DNA of 64,000 nucleotides. It comes from a virus. Taxonomy: Duplodnaviria > Caudoviricetes. The stretch spans positions 4,177-68,176 of the IMG/VR virus record IMGVR_UViG_3300021256_000100. One strand, given 5' to 3'. The translations under genes and the position numbers were made by a program. Below, piece by piece: positions 25,368 through 36,122 of the stretch. Below the pieces are notes generated by a model. The model did not search any database. It was not told where the DNA came from and saw only the letters and a program-made list of their open reading frames with translations. Every line of letters begins with the position of its first letter. Position 1 is the first letter of the stretch.

Positions 25368-25856
25368 GTGGTTAGAAATTTAGGAGAACTAGGTTTAAGT
25401 TTACAAAAAATAATTACTAGACTCGTTGCTAATCAAGATTTATTAAAATTACTGTATTACACAGGGAAGGATCCTCTCAATGAGCCAGATTTGACCCCTG
25501 AGCAAATAAAAGAAGAGATCTTTGAAAAATTAGTAAAGATAGTTCCTCGTGTTGGCCCAAAAGAAACGGCACAAAGTTTAATTTCCTTAAGAGTTGTGAG
25601 AGGAATTACCAATAGGCAAAATTCAGAATTTCGAAATTTTTCTTTGGGCATAGAAGTCTTTGTGCCATTAACTCAGTGGATTATAAAAGATAGTAGTCTG
25701 CGCCCCTTTAGAATCATGGGAGAAATTCAAAAAAGTCTAAATGGGAAAAACGTTAATGGTCTTGGGAAAATAACTGGAGGAGATTTTTCCTTGAACTTTT
25801 TAACGGAAGAAATTTCTTGTTATGAAATGACTTTTGAGATTGTAGATTATGAGTGA
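25368..25856 (+). CDS. Putative tail terminator/neck protein
   Basis: Positional inference, upstream of tail tube gene. Confidence 0.45.
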   Translation: MVRNLGELGLSLQKIITRLVANQDLLKLLYYTGKDPLNEPDLTPEQIKEEIFEKLVKIVPRVGPKETAQSLISLRVVRGITNRQNSEFRNFSLGIEVFVPLTQWIIKDSSLRPFRIMGEIQKSLNGKNVNGLGKITGGDFSLNFLTEEISCYEMTFEIVDYE

Positions 25857-26586
25857 TGCAAATTTTATTCTTGGCTTTCCGGTTGAGTTTAAGAAAATTT
25901 GTTTAGTTTATCCTCCGAAAGTAAAAGATGTAGCCTCGAATGAAAATTTTGGTCTGTTTACAAGATTACTAACACTCTCACAGGAAGAAATAGAAGACGA
26001 ATACGTCGAATCAAACTTAGATCCAAAAGATGCTTTGACACCTTTCGAGTATTTGTTAAATGGGGCTTATAATAATTCTAATTTTAAGAATTCTATAGAA
26101 GAAGCTTTTAAGTTTTATATCCATGAGCCTGTTTTTTTATTACCAGAACAGAAACAAATTATAATCGGTGATGTTTATCAAAAAAATGCCCTACAGAAGA
26201 TTAGATTTTTAAAGGAAGAAGATTTTTTTGATTTTCAAAATCTTGTGCGGCAGTCAGTCGGATATCCGACATTGGAGCCACCGAATCCTAACGAGGACCC
26301 TAGAGTTAAGGCAATAAAGGCTAAGGGACGATATAGAGATCGAATAAAAGCCAAACAGGGGAAAGGATTAAACTTAAGAAGTATGATTGCATCAATTTCT
26401 TGTATGCAAATGGGATTAAACCCACTTAATATTGGAGAGTTAAGCTATGTTGCAATGTCAGATTTGCTTACGATATATCAGCATAAAGAGAAATATCAAG
26501 TTGATATAGAAAGCTTATTAGCTGGCGCGGATAGCAAAAAAGTACAACCTAAATATTGGATTAGGAATTTAGAAGATTTAAAATAG
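25849..26586 (+). CDS. Hypothetical protein (possible tail assembly chaperone)
   Basis: ORF in tail block. Confidence 0.5.
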   Translation: MSDANFILGFPVEFKKICLVYPPKVKDVASNENFGLFTRLLTLSQEEIEDEYVESNLDPKDALTPFEYLLNGAYNNSNFKNSIEEAFKFYIHEPVFLLPEQKQIIIGDVYQKNALQKIRFLKEEDFFDFQNLVRQSVGYPTLEPPNPNEDPRVKAIKAKGRYRDRIKAKQGKGLNLRSMIASISCMQMGLNPLNIGELSYVAMSDLLTIYQHKEKYQVDIESLLAGADSKKVQPKYWIRNLEDLK

Positions 26587-26598
26587 GAGGCTATATAA

Positions 26599-27345
26599 AT
26601 GGCTAATATCTTAGCAAAGTATGGTATAAAAGAAGTTGCCGACGTTATGTTTTATAACATTCAAGAAGATGGAACTGCCGGCGCGCCTGTACTATATCTT
26701 GACACTTTAAAAGTATCTACTATCGAGCAGACTGCAGAAGAAGTAAGTGCTAATGGTGGTAAGGGTAATCCTCCTCTGATTGTTTGGGATTATGGTAAGG
26801 ACATTACTGTAACCCTGGAGGATGCATTATTCTCTGCCAAGTCTATGGCTATCATGTTTGGTGATGGTACTGTTGATACTTCTCTTTCTTCTCTGAAGAA
26901 GACAATTGCTTGGACTGCCTCTTCCGTCCAGACTGCGCCACCGTCCACCTTTAAGGGACCACAGGGTAAGGTATATGCAGTTCCGACCGGCGCTTCAACT
27001 TATGACGGTGCGGGAGCGACTACTACTTCTTATAACGCTGGAGAGGTTTATTATACAACCTTTGATATGCCGATTAAGGAAGCTGGCGTTGTCGAAATTT
27101 CTGCTAATTCTTTCCCTGGTACCTACTATGTAACTGGTGATACATATGCCCGTTCTGAAATTACTGGTAGCGACGAGTTCTTCCAGTTTATTATTCCGAA
27201 GGCTAAGGTCCAGTCTGAGAATACCATTACACTTGAAGCTGAAGGCGATCCGTCTGTATTTAACATGAACCTTCATGTTCTTCGTCCGGCTGGTGGCGGC
27301 GCGATGATGAAGCTTGTTAAGTATGATATGGAAGTTGCTGAATAA
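26599..27345 (+). CDS. Major tail (tube) protein
   Basis: High-expression codons; KYGIKEVADV, TLEAEGDPSVFNM motifs; terminator follows. Confidence 0.72.
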   Translation: MANILAKYGIKEVADVMFYNIQEDGTAGAPVLYLDTLKVSTIEQTAEEVSANGGKGNPPLIVWDYGKDITVTLEDALFSAKSMAIMFGDGTVDTSLSSLKKTIAWTASSVQTAPPSTFKGPQGKVYAVPTGASTYDGAGATTTSYNAGEVYYTTFDMPIKEAGVVEISANSFPGTYYVTGDTYARSEITGSDEFFQFIIPKAKVQSENTITLEAEGDPSVFNMNLHVLRPAGGGAMMKLVKYDMEVAE

Positions 27346-27367
27346 GGCTGATTATTTCTAAAAAGAG

Positions 27368-27395
27368 GTGGGGACTATTTTAGTCCCCACTTTTT
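27368..27395 (+). terminator. Rho-independent terminator
   Basis: GTGGGGACTA/TAGTCCCCAC plus T tract. Confidence 0.8.
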
Positions 27396-27412
27396 CTTAG
27401 GAGGTATTTTAT

Positions 27413-28201
27413 ATGGAAATGTTTTCCTTCAAAGAATTTGAAGATGTAAGACTAAAAGCTACTTATGATATAGAGATAGGAAATCGTTTGATTCAAGCCG
27501 GAGAAACAATAGCAAAATTTGATAAGATTTTTATTTCTGGCTTATCAGAAACGGTGAGTAGAATTAGTGCAAATGGTGGTTTTGATAACCGCGCACGAGT
27601 TTATTGGGAGACTACTAAAGAGCAAAGGTTGAATTTTTCTCAGGGAGTTTTTTCTAGGGAACAATTTGCTTTACTTAGTAATTCAAGAATGATTGAAAGT
27701 GGCGCGGCAGATCCAGTAGAAGTTACAGAACGTGAAGAACTAGAAAGCGACGAAGAAGGAAATATTGTTTTAAAAAGGACTCCTTTAAATTCTAATTCGC
27801 TTTTTGTTTATAACAAAGAGACCGGAGAGAAAATAACGAATTTTACTATTGAGGAGAATACTTTAAATATTGGAACTTCTTTTTTAGAAGTAATAGTTGA
27901 TTATACGTATAATTATACGGGGAAAACAACCATTTTTAAGATAGGACAAAAACTATTAACTGGTTTTGTTGAGTTAGAAGGCAGGACAAGGATTAAAGAG
28001 GATGAAAATGGTAACGTTGTTACTGGATTGATTAAGATTCCTCGATTGCGATTAATGTCTGATTTATCTATAAGGCTGGGGACAAGTGCAAATCCAGTAG
28101 TCGCAAACTTCGCGGCAGTAGGTGTCCCAGTGGGGTCGAGAGGAAACACTTATGTAAGTGAGTTTTACTTTTTAAGTGATGATATAGAAAGCGACTTATA
28201 A
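27413..28201 (+). CDS. Second tail-tube-like protein
   Basis: Similar size and motif layout to 26599-27345. Confidence 0.5.
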   Translation: MEMFSFKEFEDVRLKATYDIEIGNRLIQAGETIAKFDKIFISGLSETVSRISANGGFDNRARVYWETTKEQRLNFSQGVFSREQFALLSNSRMIESGAADPVEVTEREELESDEEGNIVLKRTPLNSNSLFVYNKETGEKITNFTIEENTLNIGTSFLEVIVDYTYNYTGKTTIFKIGQKLLTGFVELEGRTRIKEDENGNVVTGLIKIPRLRLMSDLSIRLGTSANPVVANFAAVGVPVGSRGNTYVSEFYFLSDDIESDL

Positions 28202-28208
28202 GATGATT

Positions 28209-28239
28209 ATGGCATTAATCTAAGATTAGTGCCATTTTT
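28209..28239 (+). terminator. Rho-independent terminator
   Basis: ATGGCATTAATC/GATTAGTGCCAT plus T tract. Confidence 0.65.
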
Positions 28240-28260
28240 ATTTTTAGAAGGAGGTAGGAG

Positions 28261-31200
28261 ATGGCAGATTCGAGAGTAATAGAAGTAACATTAAAAGCAG
28301 TTGCTGATATGAAAGATGTTGCTTCTAACGTCGAGCAAATTAAAAGAAGCTTAAATGGATTAGTGTTGCCTAAAGGACTAGAGAGTCAATTTACGAAAGT
28401 TTTTTCTAATTTGGAATCAAATATAGATAAAGCTAGTGATAAATTGGCTGCAGGTTTTAAGTCCAAGGGTGATGCCAGCTCTTATGAAAAAACAACCAAT
28501 CAAATTGTTAAAGACTTAACTACTATGTCTCAGTTAATGGGGCATATAGATACTTCTAAGTTAAACTTTCAGGTAAATGCTGACGCTCTTAAGACTATAA
28601 ACCAAGATATAGCAACCTTGCAGTCAAGACTGGATTCATTAAGAACTGAAAGATTACAAGCATTAGAGACCGTTAGAAATAGTCCTCCTTCTGGCGCTGC
28701 GGCCTGGACGAATTTTTTTGAAGCTATTGATAGAGGCACGGATGGAGTAAACGACGCTGAAAAAGCGTTAAGGGTGCTGCAGCAACAGGTTCAGAAAGCC
28801 ACTTTACATGCTGGAAGCGTAGATAATCTTAACGAGAAGTGGAAAAATTACGCTAATGCGGTAGAAATATGTAAGCAGGCTCTAGGTCTTTATAACGGAG
28901 AAAATAAAGAAGTTGCTTCTCTTGAGGGAGAAATAACTCAGAAGATCAACGAAAGAGAGCGGGCGCAAGAAGACGCTAACGTTAACGGTAGAAGAAGCGT
29001 AGAAGGATTAGTAGATGCTACAAAAGATGCAAATGAAGAAGAAAAGAAATTTGTACAAGGAACTGAGGAATCTGCTAAGGCACAGGCCAACTTAAATTCT
29101 GAACTTGAACAATTTAAAAGTCGAATTTCTTATTTCTTCGGAATGACTAATGCTGTTATGCTCTTCCGGCGCGCATTACGGTCTACTTTTGATACTATTA
29201 AAGATCTTGATGCGGTTATGACTGAGACAGCCGTTGTTACGGAATTTGACGTTGGCGATATGTGGTCTCAGTTGCCAGAATACACCGAAAGAGCGAATAA
29301 GTTAGGTGTTTCTATTCATGACGCCTATGAGGCCGCTACTCTTTATTATCAGCAAGGCTTATCAACTAATGAGGTCATGGCTGTTTCTAATGAAACATTA
29401 AAGATGGCCCGTATTGCGGGACTGGATGCTGCTGAAGCAACCGACCGTATGACGAATGCTATGCGTGGTTTTAACATGGAAATCACCGAGGCGAATGCTC
29501 AGAATGTCAATGATGTGTATTCCAATCTAGCCGCAAAAACTGCATCTAATGTAGATGAGATTTCTACCGCTATGACAAAAGTGGCATCTTTGGCGAATAA
29601 CGCTAATATGTCCTTTGAGAATACTGCGGCTTTTCTTTCTCAGATAATTGAAACAACTCGTGAGTCTGCTGAGACTGCGGGTACCGCTCTTAAGACTGTT
29701 ATTGCTCGTTTTTCTGAAGTTAAGGAGTTATACAGTGAAGGAGAGCTGCTTGGAACTGATGAAGAAGGACAGGAAATTGATGTAAATAAAGTCTCCAAGG
29801 CTTTGCGTACTGCCGGTATTAACCTTAACGAGTATTTGACTGGCATGAAAGGACTTGACGAAATTTTCATGGAGCTTTCTGCCAAGTGGGATAGTTTGGA
29901 TCAGGTACAACAAAGATATATCGCTACGATGGCAGCGGGTTCTCGTCAGCAGTCTCGTTTTATTGCATTAATGCAAGACAACGCACGTATGACTGAATTA
30001 GTTGGCTATGCGACCGATGCGACTGGTGCTTCTCAGCAGCAGTTTGAAAAAACTTTAGATTCTTTAGAGAGTAAGGTTAATCAGTTAAAGAACAGTTGGA
30101 ATACCTTTTTGATGGGTATTGCTAATAGTGATATTATTAAAGGTGCAGTTGATCTTTTAACTAATTTTTTAGATGTCCTCAATAATGTCTCTAAAACTAT
30201 GCCGGGCTTAATGAAATCTTTGGCTAATATAGGCATGCTTTTAGCTGGTTTTAAAATTAGCAGAGCTATTATAGGAAAGATTTTCCCTTCTATTGCGGCC
30301 TCTTTTAAGAAGCAAAGTGCTCTGATGGGGCAAGAAAGCGGAGAGCAAACTGGAACTAGTTGGGTTAGTGGCTTTAGACAAAAATTTAGTTTTAAAAATA
30401 TTTTTGGCGGGCAGGAATTTACTCAAGAACTTAATAATCAACTTAACGGAGCACTTTCTAAGCTTGATCTTGATGATGTAAAAAAGCAAGAAATTCAAAC
30501 TATTTATGAAGAGCAGGGCTTCGAGGCTGCCAATGCTAAAGCGAAGGAATACGGCGCGAATCTAGATCAGTTAGATGCAAAAGCTAAACAGTTTCAAGGA
30601 ACTCAGCAGACAACAACGCTTAGTCTTAGTAAAATGGGCGGTTCCATAATGGCTTTAGGTGGAAGTCTTATGTTGATTTCTAATTTGTTCGACGATGGAA
30701 CAGAAGATGGAGAAAATTTTGCAAAGACTATTTCTAAGATTGGCACTTATATGCTTGGTATTGGTGCGGGAATAACCGTACTTGGAAAAGTGTTATCTTT
30801 TTTTAAGGTGCAAGTTGTTACTTCTGCTTTTCAGGTCGGCACAAGTATTTCTGCAGCAGGTAAGATTGCCCAAGTAGGCTGGGGATGGATAGGTCTCGTA
30901 GTTGCAGGAATTGTCGGGTTAGTAGCTTTGGTGGTAAAATGGTACAAATCCATGAAAGCTAATTCTCCGGAAGGCCAACTTAAAAAGGCTCAAAAAGCCA
31001 CGGAAGAAGCCAAAGAAAAAGCCGAACAAGCAAAACAAGCTTACGATGATTTAAATAGTTCTATCAGCTCTTTAAAAGATCAATACTCTACCTTAGAAAC
31101 TTTAACTAAAGGGACAGAAGAGTGGAGAGATAAGGTTAAAGAGACAAATGAAAAAGTTCTGGAGTTGATTGGCTCTTATAGTGAATTAGCTAATTATGTT

Positions 31201-34200
31201 GACTTTAAAAATGGTGTTTTAACTATAGATTTAGAGGGAGAAGAAGTTTCTCAAATTTTAGATCAATATTGGAAAAATAGCGTTATTTCTTCTAGCGTTG
31301 CTACGTTGGCTGAAGAAAATGAGAAGATTGCTGATATAGAGGTTAAACGTGCGAAAGTTATGGAGAAAACCTATGGTCAGCTTGTCAGTACTGCTGGTTC
31401 TAGAACAGAACGTTATAATGTAACAAATAATAGGGGCCAAAAGCAGAGCATTTGGAGCGGTGAGTCTCGCAATACACAATATGATTTTACAAAAGAACGC
31501 GATTTACTTGCTCGGGCGCTCGCAAAAGATGCCGAGGCATTATCTCAAATAGAAGACGATTTTGGAATAGCAATGAAAGACATCGCTAATCCAGTAAAAT
31601 ATGCTAATGATTTTATAGCTCAGATGGGGCAATCCTCTGACTTTAAGGCTATATCTGGACTTAATTCATTAGAAGGCACAGTTACAGAAAAAAATATAGG
31701 GATTTTAGTAGAATATGGACAAACCTTAGTAGAAGCAAATAAACTTCAAAGCTATTATAATGATCAGATTAAAAATAGTGCTTTAGTAGTTTCTGAATTA
31801 AAGGAAGAAGACAAGGAATATGCTAAAAACTATATGAGTGATAGTAGGATAGATGCTTTAGAAAGGCAGATTTCCAAAGAATTAGATGCTGAAATAGAAG
31901 ATCCTGTAGAACTTGCAGAATTAAGAAAGGATTATGCAAAATTATACCAATATGATAATTATGAAGATTATAAAAAGAATAATGATAATAAAGATGTAAG
32001 TAATACAGATTTAAAAAATGCTTTAATAGGCCAAAGAACTATCGAGCGCGTTTCTACTATGATGGAAAATTTTTCTACTCGATTAGAAAAAATGCCCGAT
32101 CTATTAAAGAGAGTATATGAATCTCCTGAGGGACAAGGACTTACTTTAGCGGACGTTGAAAAAACTACAGAAGAGCTTTATGCTGAAGCGACGAGGAAAC
32201 AGGCGGAAAGTGATTACAATGCTTTTACCTCCTGGTTAAATTCGATGGAAGGCCTAGACGTAATTCAAGCTAGAAACCTGGCGACTGAACGTTTTTCTAG
32301 CGCAAGAGAAACTTTAACCGCAAATGGAATAGACTTATCTTCAGAAGATTTTTTACGAAGCATCCCTGCAGATGCTTTAGATGGCTTTGTTGGACATCTT
32401 ATTTCGGTCATTACTTCCAGTGGCCCGGAAGCCGCGAAGGCTCTTACAGACAGTCTTAATGAGGTTATGACAAATGGAATGATCCCCGAAGAATTTCAAA
32501 GAACCTTTTTAAGTCAACTGAGTCTTTTAAATTGGAATGATTTAGATGCGGTAGAAGGATTTGCTGGCGATCTTAAAGAAATGAGGATAGTAGTAGATCA
32601 GAATAATCCTGCATGGCAAACTTTTATTCAACATTTAAAGGACGGCGCGGACTCTGTTCGTAATATTGATTTGACTTCTTTCATAGAGCAAGCGGATAAA
32701 ATTGGTGCAATAACAAGAAAAATCGAATCTGGAGATCAGGAACGTTCTTTCACAAAAGAAGAATATGAAGCTATTGCTTCAATAGCGCCTGAAATAGCTA
32801 GTCGTTTTAATTTAGATAGTGAAGGTAACTATACATATATTGGCGAATCTATGGAGGGTTTGGCAGAGGCATTAAGAGAGAATACTGTAGCAGTTTTAAA
32901 TGATACTAGAGAGCAGGCAGCTACCGGGAACGCCGTTGGCGAGCTAATGTCCAACTCTAAATTTGCACAAAGGTTAGAAGAAGGCGCGAACGAGGAAGAT
33001 CTCTTAAGTGATTTAATAAATAATGCCGTTCTTCAGGGCATAGATTTATCTAATTTAAAAATAGAGGGATTAAGTAATGATACCCCTGTTAGCCGGCTTT
33101 CTAATGACCAAGTATCTGCTTTTATAGAGCAACTTTTAGCTGTTTTACAAAAATATAATGAAGGTCAATATAATGTTGATGCCGAGAATGCTGCTGTAGG
33201 CCAAGCGCGGCAGCAGTCAATGCAGCAAAATGCTTCCATGGTAAGTGGTGAAAATGGTGACGTTTTTGCGAGTGCTGTAGAGGCTGAAGCATATCAGCTT
33301 GGAATTGCAGAAGAGCATATCGCGGCATACGTCCAACAGCTTCATAGTTTAGATGCTGTAGAGAAACAGAATGCGGCCAATAAATTAGTAAGTCTTGCGA
33401 ATACGCAAAAAGAGATTGAATTATATGATCTTGAAGCGGAAGAAGTTAAAGAACTAGCGGAACAATTAAGAATTAGTAATGAAAGTTTAGATCCTGCTTC
33501 TGCCATGGCTGTAGCAACTTCTCTAACAAGAATGGAGAAAGGCTATGAATCTTTAATAGATACATATGATGAGTGGATTGAGCTAATAGACGATTCTGGT
33601 GGGGTCGTTAAAAAGATGAGTGCGAACCAGGCCAAGACTTTCGCAGAATTAAAGAATTCTATTAAAGAAGTTCTTGCGGTATCCGACGATATACCGGACA
33701 GTTTCCTTAAAAATGCAGAAAATTTAGATTTAATAAAAAGTGCTGCCGATGGCAGTGTAGAAGCTTTAATCGAACTGAGAAAAAATTTAGCTGAGGCAAT
33801 TTATATTGAGGTGAAGCCGCGGTTAGAAACAGAAGAATTTAATGAGGCATATACTCAATTTTATAATTGGCTCATGGCTCAGGATCTTAGTATAGAGGCT
33901 GGAGCATACTTAGATTCGTATCCATATTTGAACGAGTTGTCCAATATGATGGCGCAGTCTAACAAGTTTGCCAATGAGATAACTCGATTGGCAGATTCGC
34001 TTGGCTTTGAGATACAATACGAAACTAAGTATATCACCATGCCATCAATTTCCTATCCTCCTGGTAAGGGAGCGAATGGTGGTATGATGTCTCCAAACAT
34101 CGACTACTCTAATATGGTCCCAAAAGCGATTAAAGTTCCCAAGTTTGTCTCTAAGGGAAACTATACTAGTAATTTTTCTCCTTCCGGTGGAGGTTCTAGA

Positions 34201-36030
34201 AAAGGCTCTGGTGGAGGTGGCGGTAAAGGCTCCAAAGGTTCAGGAGGAGGAGGAAGTTCTGGAAGCGACTCCAAACCATCTTACTGGGAAAACCCCTATG
34301 ACGAACTCTTTAATCTTCAAGAAAAAATAAATGAAGCACTTCGAGTTCGTGAAAAACTTGAACGTCAATATCAAAAACTTCTCAAATCAACTTCCACTTC
34401 TCTTACTCAAATTCGTAAGGGCTATACAGAAATAGTAGATCATCTAAAACAAGAAAAACAATATCAAAAAGAACTCGCAAACGGACGTAAACGACAAATT
34501 AATAATGCAGGTAGTCAAATTTATACGGATGACGACGGCAATAGAAAAACCTATAGCCAGATGGGCGTTACTAAGTATGCTAATTATAATTTTAGTACCG
34601 GACTTTTACAAATTGATTGGGAAGGTCTAGAAGCTATATCGAGAGATTCAAGTCGAGAAGAAGAAGGCAAGGCCGCAGAAGCATATATCAATTATCTACA
34701 GGAATTAGTAGATCAGTTTGAAGAGACAGATGAAACTATAGCTGGAATAGAAGAGGAAATAGAAAATATTCAGCAAGAAGCCATAGATAGCTATATATCC
34801 TTCGAGGAAAGAGTCCAGGAGGCCTTGATTACAAAATATGAAGAACAGATAGATCAATTTGAAAAGCTTTCCGATTCAGTTAAAGACTCGATGGATAAGG
34901 TTATATCTGGAATTCAAGAGCAAATTGACAATGAGCGTCAAGCACGAGAAAACGAGCGGACTGAAGAGGATATAGCAGACAAAGAAGCGAGATTAGCTTA
35001 TTTGCAAAGAGATACCTCCGGCGCGAATACGACTGAAATCTTAAAATTGCAAGATGAACTTTCTAAAGCAAGGGAAGATTATCAAGATTCTTTAATTGAT
35101 CAAGCGATTGATCAAATGAGCAAAGATGCTGACTTGGCGGCCGAGCAGAGAGCTAATCAGATTTCTGTAATGCGAGAGCAGTTAGAGTTATCAAAAGCTA
35201 ATGGAGAGCTTTGGAACGAAGTTTATAGTTTAATTAATAATGCTTTCAATAAAAAGGGTAGCCTTAATATAAACTCTGAACTAATTAAATTACTAAAAGA
35301 GACCGAAGCTTTTGAGGCTATGAGTGCTTTTGGCCAAGATGAATGGATTAAAGAAGTAGTAGAAGCTTTTAATAATGCTCAAAAAGGGCTCACGGCCGGT
35401 AAGGCAGAGAAAGCGGGAGCGCATCAGAACACCGCGCCTACTCCGAAGCCTGCGGCTACAACGAAGCCAACTACAAGCAGTTCTTCTACGAGTTCTTCCA
35501 AGAAGAGTACACCTACTCTAACCGAAGATATAAAAAGACACGTCGCGGCTGCGATTTGGAATGGTAGTTATGGTTGGGGAACCGGGGATACTCGTAGAAA
35601 TCGTTTAACAGAAGTTTTTGGTGCCAACAATGGTATTCAAGCTCTTGTTAATCAAGGCGTAGGCAAGTCTGGAATAAGTCCTGCGGGTTACAGTTATTCA
35701 GATATGCGTAAGAGATTTAAGGGATACAAAACTGGCGGTCTTGCAGATTATACAGGTCTTGCTTGGTTAGATGGTACTAAATCTAAACCAGAGATGGTAC
35801 TTAATGCCAAAGATACAGAGAATCTCATTACATTAAAAGATATTTTGGCGGCTTCTTTAAGAAATACTTCTCAAAGTGGTAATGGCTCTGGAGATAATTA
35901 TTTCGATATAAAGATAGACGCAGAAATCGGATCTGACTATGATGTAGATCAGCTAGCAAATAAGATTAAAAGACAAATTCAACAAGATGGATTGTACAGA
36001 AACGTTAATACAATAAGTCACTTACGATAA
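28261..36030 (+). CDS. Tail tape measure protein (2589 aa)
   Basis: TP901-like core (LKMARIAGLDAAEATDRMTNAMRGF, AGTALKTVIARF), long helical body, hydrophobic segments. Confidence 0.92.
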   Translation: MADSRVIEVTLKAVADMKDVASNVEQIKRSLNGLVLPKGLESQFTKVFSNLESNIDKASDKLAAGFKSKGDASSYEKTTNQIVKDLTTMSQLMGHIDTSKLNFQVNADALKTINQDIATLQSRLDSLRTERLQALETVRNSPPSGAAAWTNFFEAIDRGTDGVNDAEKALRVLQQQVQKATLHAGSVDNLNEKWKNYANAVEICKQALGLYNGENKEVASLEGEITQKINERERAQEDANVNGRRSVEGLVDATKDANEEEKKFVQGTEESAKAQANLNSELEQFKSRISYFFGMTNAVMLFRRALRSTFDTIKDLDAVMTETAVVTEFDVGDMWSQLPEYTERANKLGVSIHDAYEAATLYYQQGLSTNEVMAVSNETLKMARIAGLDAAEATDRMTNAMRGFNMEITEANAQNVNDVYSNLAAKTASNVDEISTAMTKVASLANNANMSFENTAAFLSQIIETTRESAETAGTALKTVIARFSEVKELYSEGELLGTDEEGQEIDVNKVSKALRTAGINLNEYLTGMKGLDEIFMELSAKWDSLDQVQQRYIATMAAGSRQQSRFIALMQDNARMTELVGYATDATGASQQQFEKTLDSLESKVNQLKNSWNTFLMGIANSDIIKGAVDLLTNFLDVLNNVSKTMPGLMKSLANIGMLLAGFKISRAIIGKIFPSIAASFKKQSALMGQESGEQTGTSWVSGFRQKFSFKNIFGGQEFTQELNNQLNGALSKLDLDDVKKQEIQTIYEEQGFEAANAKAKEYGANLDQLDAKAKQFQGTQQTTTLSLSKMGGSIMALGGSLMLISNLFDDGTEDGENFAKTISKIGTYMLGIGAGITVLGKVLSFFKVQVVTSAFQVGTSISAAGKIAQVGWGWIGLVVAGIVGLVALVVKWYKSMKANSPEGQLKKAQKATEEAKEKAEQAKQAYDDLNSSISSLKDQYSTLETLTKGTEEWRDKVKETNEKVLELIGSYSELANYVDFKNGVLTIDLEGEEVSQILDQYWKNSVISSSVATLAEENEKIADIEVKRAKVMEKTYGQLVSTAGSRTERYNVTNNRGQKQSIWSGESRNTQYDFTKERDLLARALAKDAEALSQIEDDFGIAMKDIANPVKYANDFIAQMGQSSDFKAISGLNSLEGTVTEKNIGILVEYGQTLVEANKLQSYYNDQIKNSALVVSELKEEDKEYAKNYMSDSRIDALERQISKELDAEIEDPVELAELRKDYAKLYQYDNYEDYKKNNDNKDVSNTDLKNALIGQRTIERVSTMMENFSTRLEKMPDLLKRVYESPEGQGLTLADVEKTTEELYAEATRKQAESDYNAFTSWLNSMEGLDVIQARNLATERFSSARETLTANGIDLSSEDFLRSIPADALDGFVGHLISVITSSGPEAAKALTDSLNEVMTNGMIPEEFQRTFLSQLSLLNWNDLDAVEGFAGDLKEMRIVVDQNNPAWQTFIQHLKDGADSVRNIDLTSFIEQADKIGAITRKIESGDQERSFTKEEYEAIASIAPEIASRFNLDSEGNYTYIGESMEGLAEALRENTVAVLNDTREQAATGNAVGELMSNSKFAQRLEEGANEEDLLSDLINNAVLQGIDLSNLKIEGLSNDTPVSRLSNDQVSAFIEQLLAVLQKYNEGQYNVDAENAAVGQARQQSMQQNASMVSGENGDVFASAVEAEAYQLGIAEEHIAAYVQQLHSLDAVEKQNAANKLVSLANTQKEIELYDLEAEEVKELAEQLRISNESLDPASAMAVATSLTRMEKGYESLIDTYDEWIELIDDSGGVVKKMSANQAKTFAELKNSIKEVLAVSDDIPDSFLKNAENLDLIKSAADGSVEALIELRKNLAEAIYIEVKPRLETEEFNEAYTQFYNWLMAQDLSIEAGAYLDSYPYLNELSNMMAQSNKFANEITRLADSLGFEIQYETKYITMPSISYPPGKGANGGMMSPNIDYSNMVPKAIKVPKFVSKGNYTSNFSPSGGGSRKGSGGGGGKGSKGSGGGGSSGSDSKPSYWENPYDELFNLQEKINEALRVREKLERQYQKLLKSTSTSLTQIRKGYTEIVDHLKQEKQYQKELANGRKRQINNAGSQIYTDDDGNRKTYSQMGVTKYANYNFSTGLLQIDWEGLEAISRDSSREEEGKAAEAYINYLQELVDQFEETDETIAGIEEEIENIQQEAIDSYISFEERVQEALITKYEEQIDQFEKLSDSVKDSMDKVISGIQEQIDNERQARENERTEEDIADKEARLAYLQRDTSGANTTEILKLQDELSKAREDYQDSLIDQAIDQMSKDADLAAEQRANQISVMREQLELSKANGELWNEVYSLINNAFNKKGSLNINSELIKLLKETEAFEAMSAFGQDEWIKEVVEAFNNAQKGLTAGKAEKAGAHQNTAPTPKPAATTKPTTSSSSTSSSKKSTPTLTEDIKRHVAAAIWNGSYGWGTGDTRRNRLTEVFGANNGIQALVNQGVGKSGISPAGYSYSDMRKRFKGYKTGGLADYTGLAWLDGTKSKPEMVLNAKDTENLITLKDILAASLRNTSQSGNGSGDNYFDIKIDAEIGSDYDVDQLANKIKRQIQQDGLYRNVNTISHLR

Positions 36031-36031
36031 A

Positions 36032-36064
36032 ATGAGAGGACCACTATGTGGTCCTCATTTTTTT
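36032..36064 (+). terminator. Rho-independent terminator
   Basis: GAGGACCAC/GTGGTCCTC plus T tract. Confidence 0.75.
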
Positions 36065-36122
36065 GTAAGCAAGCTTAAGAAATATTACTTTAAAAAGAGA
36101 GAGTAAAAGGAGGGAAAAAGTT

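Noticed and set aside
25849-28260. Programmed frameshift for tail assembly chaperones
   Set aside because: No convincing slippery site with an overlapping downstream frame before the tape measure gene
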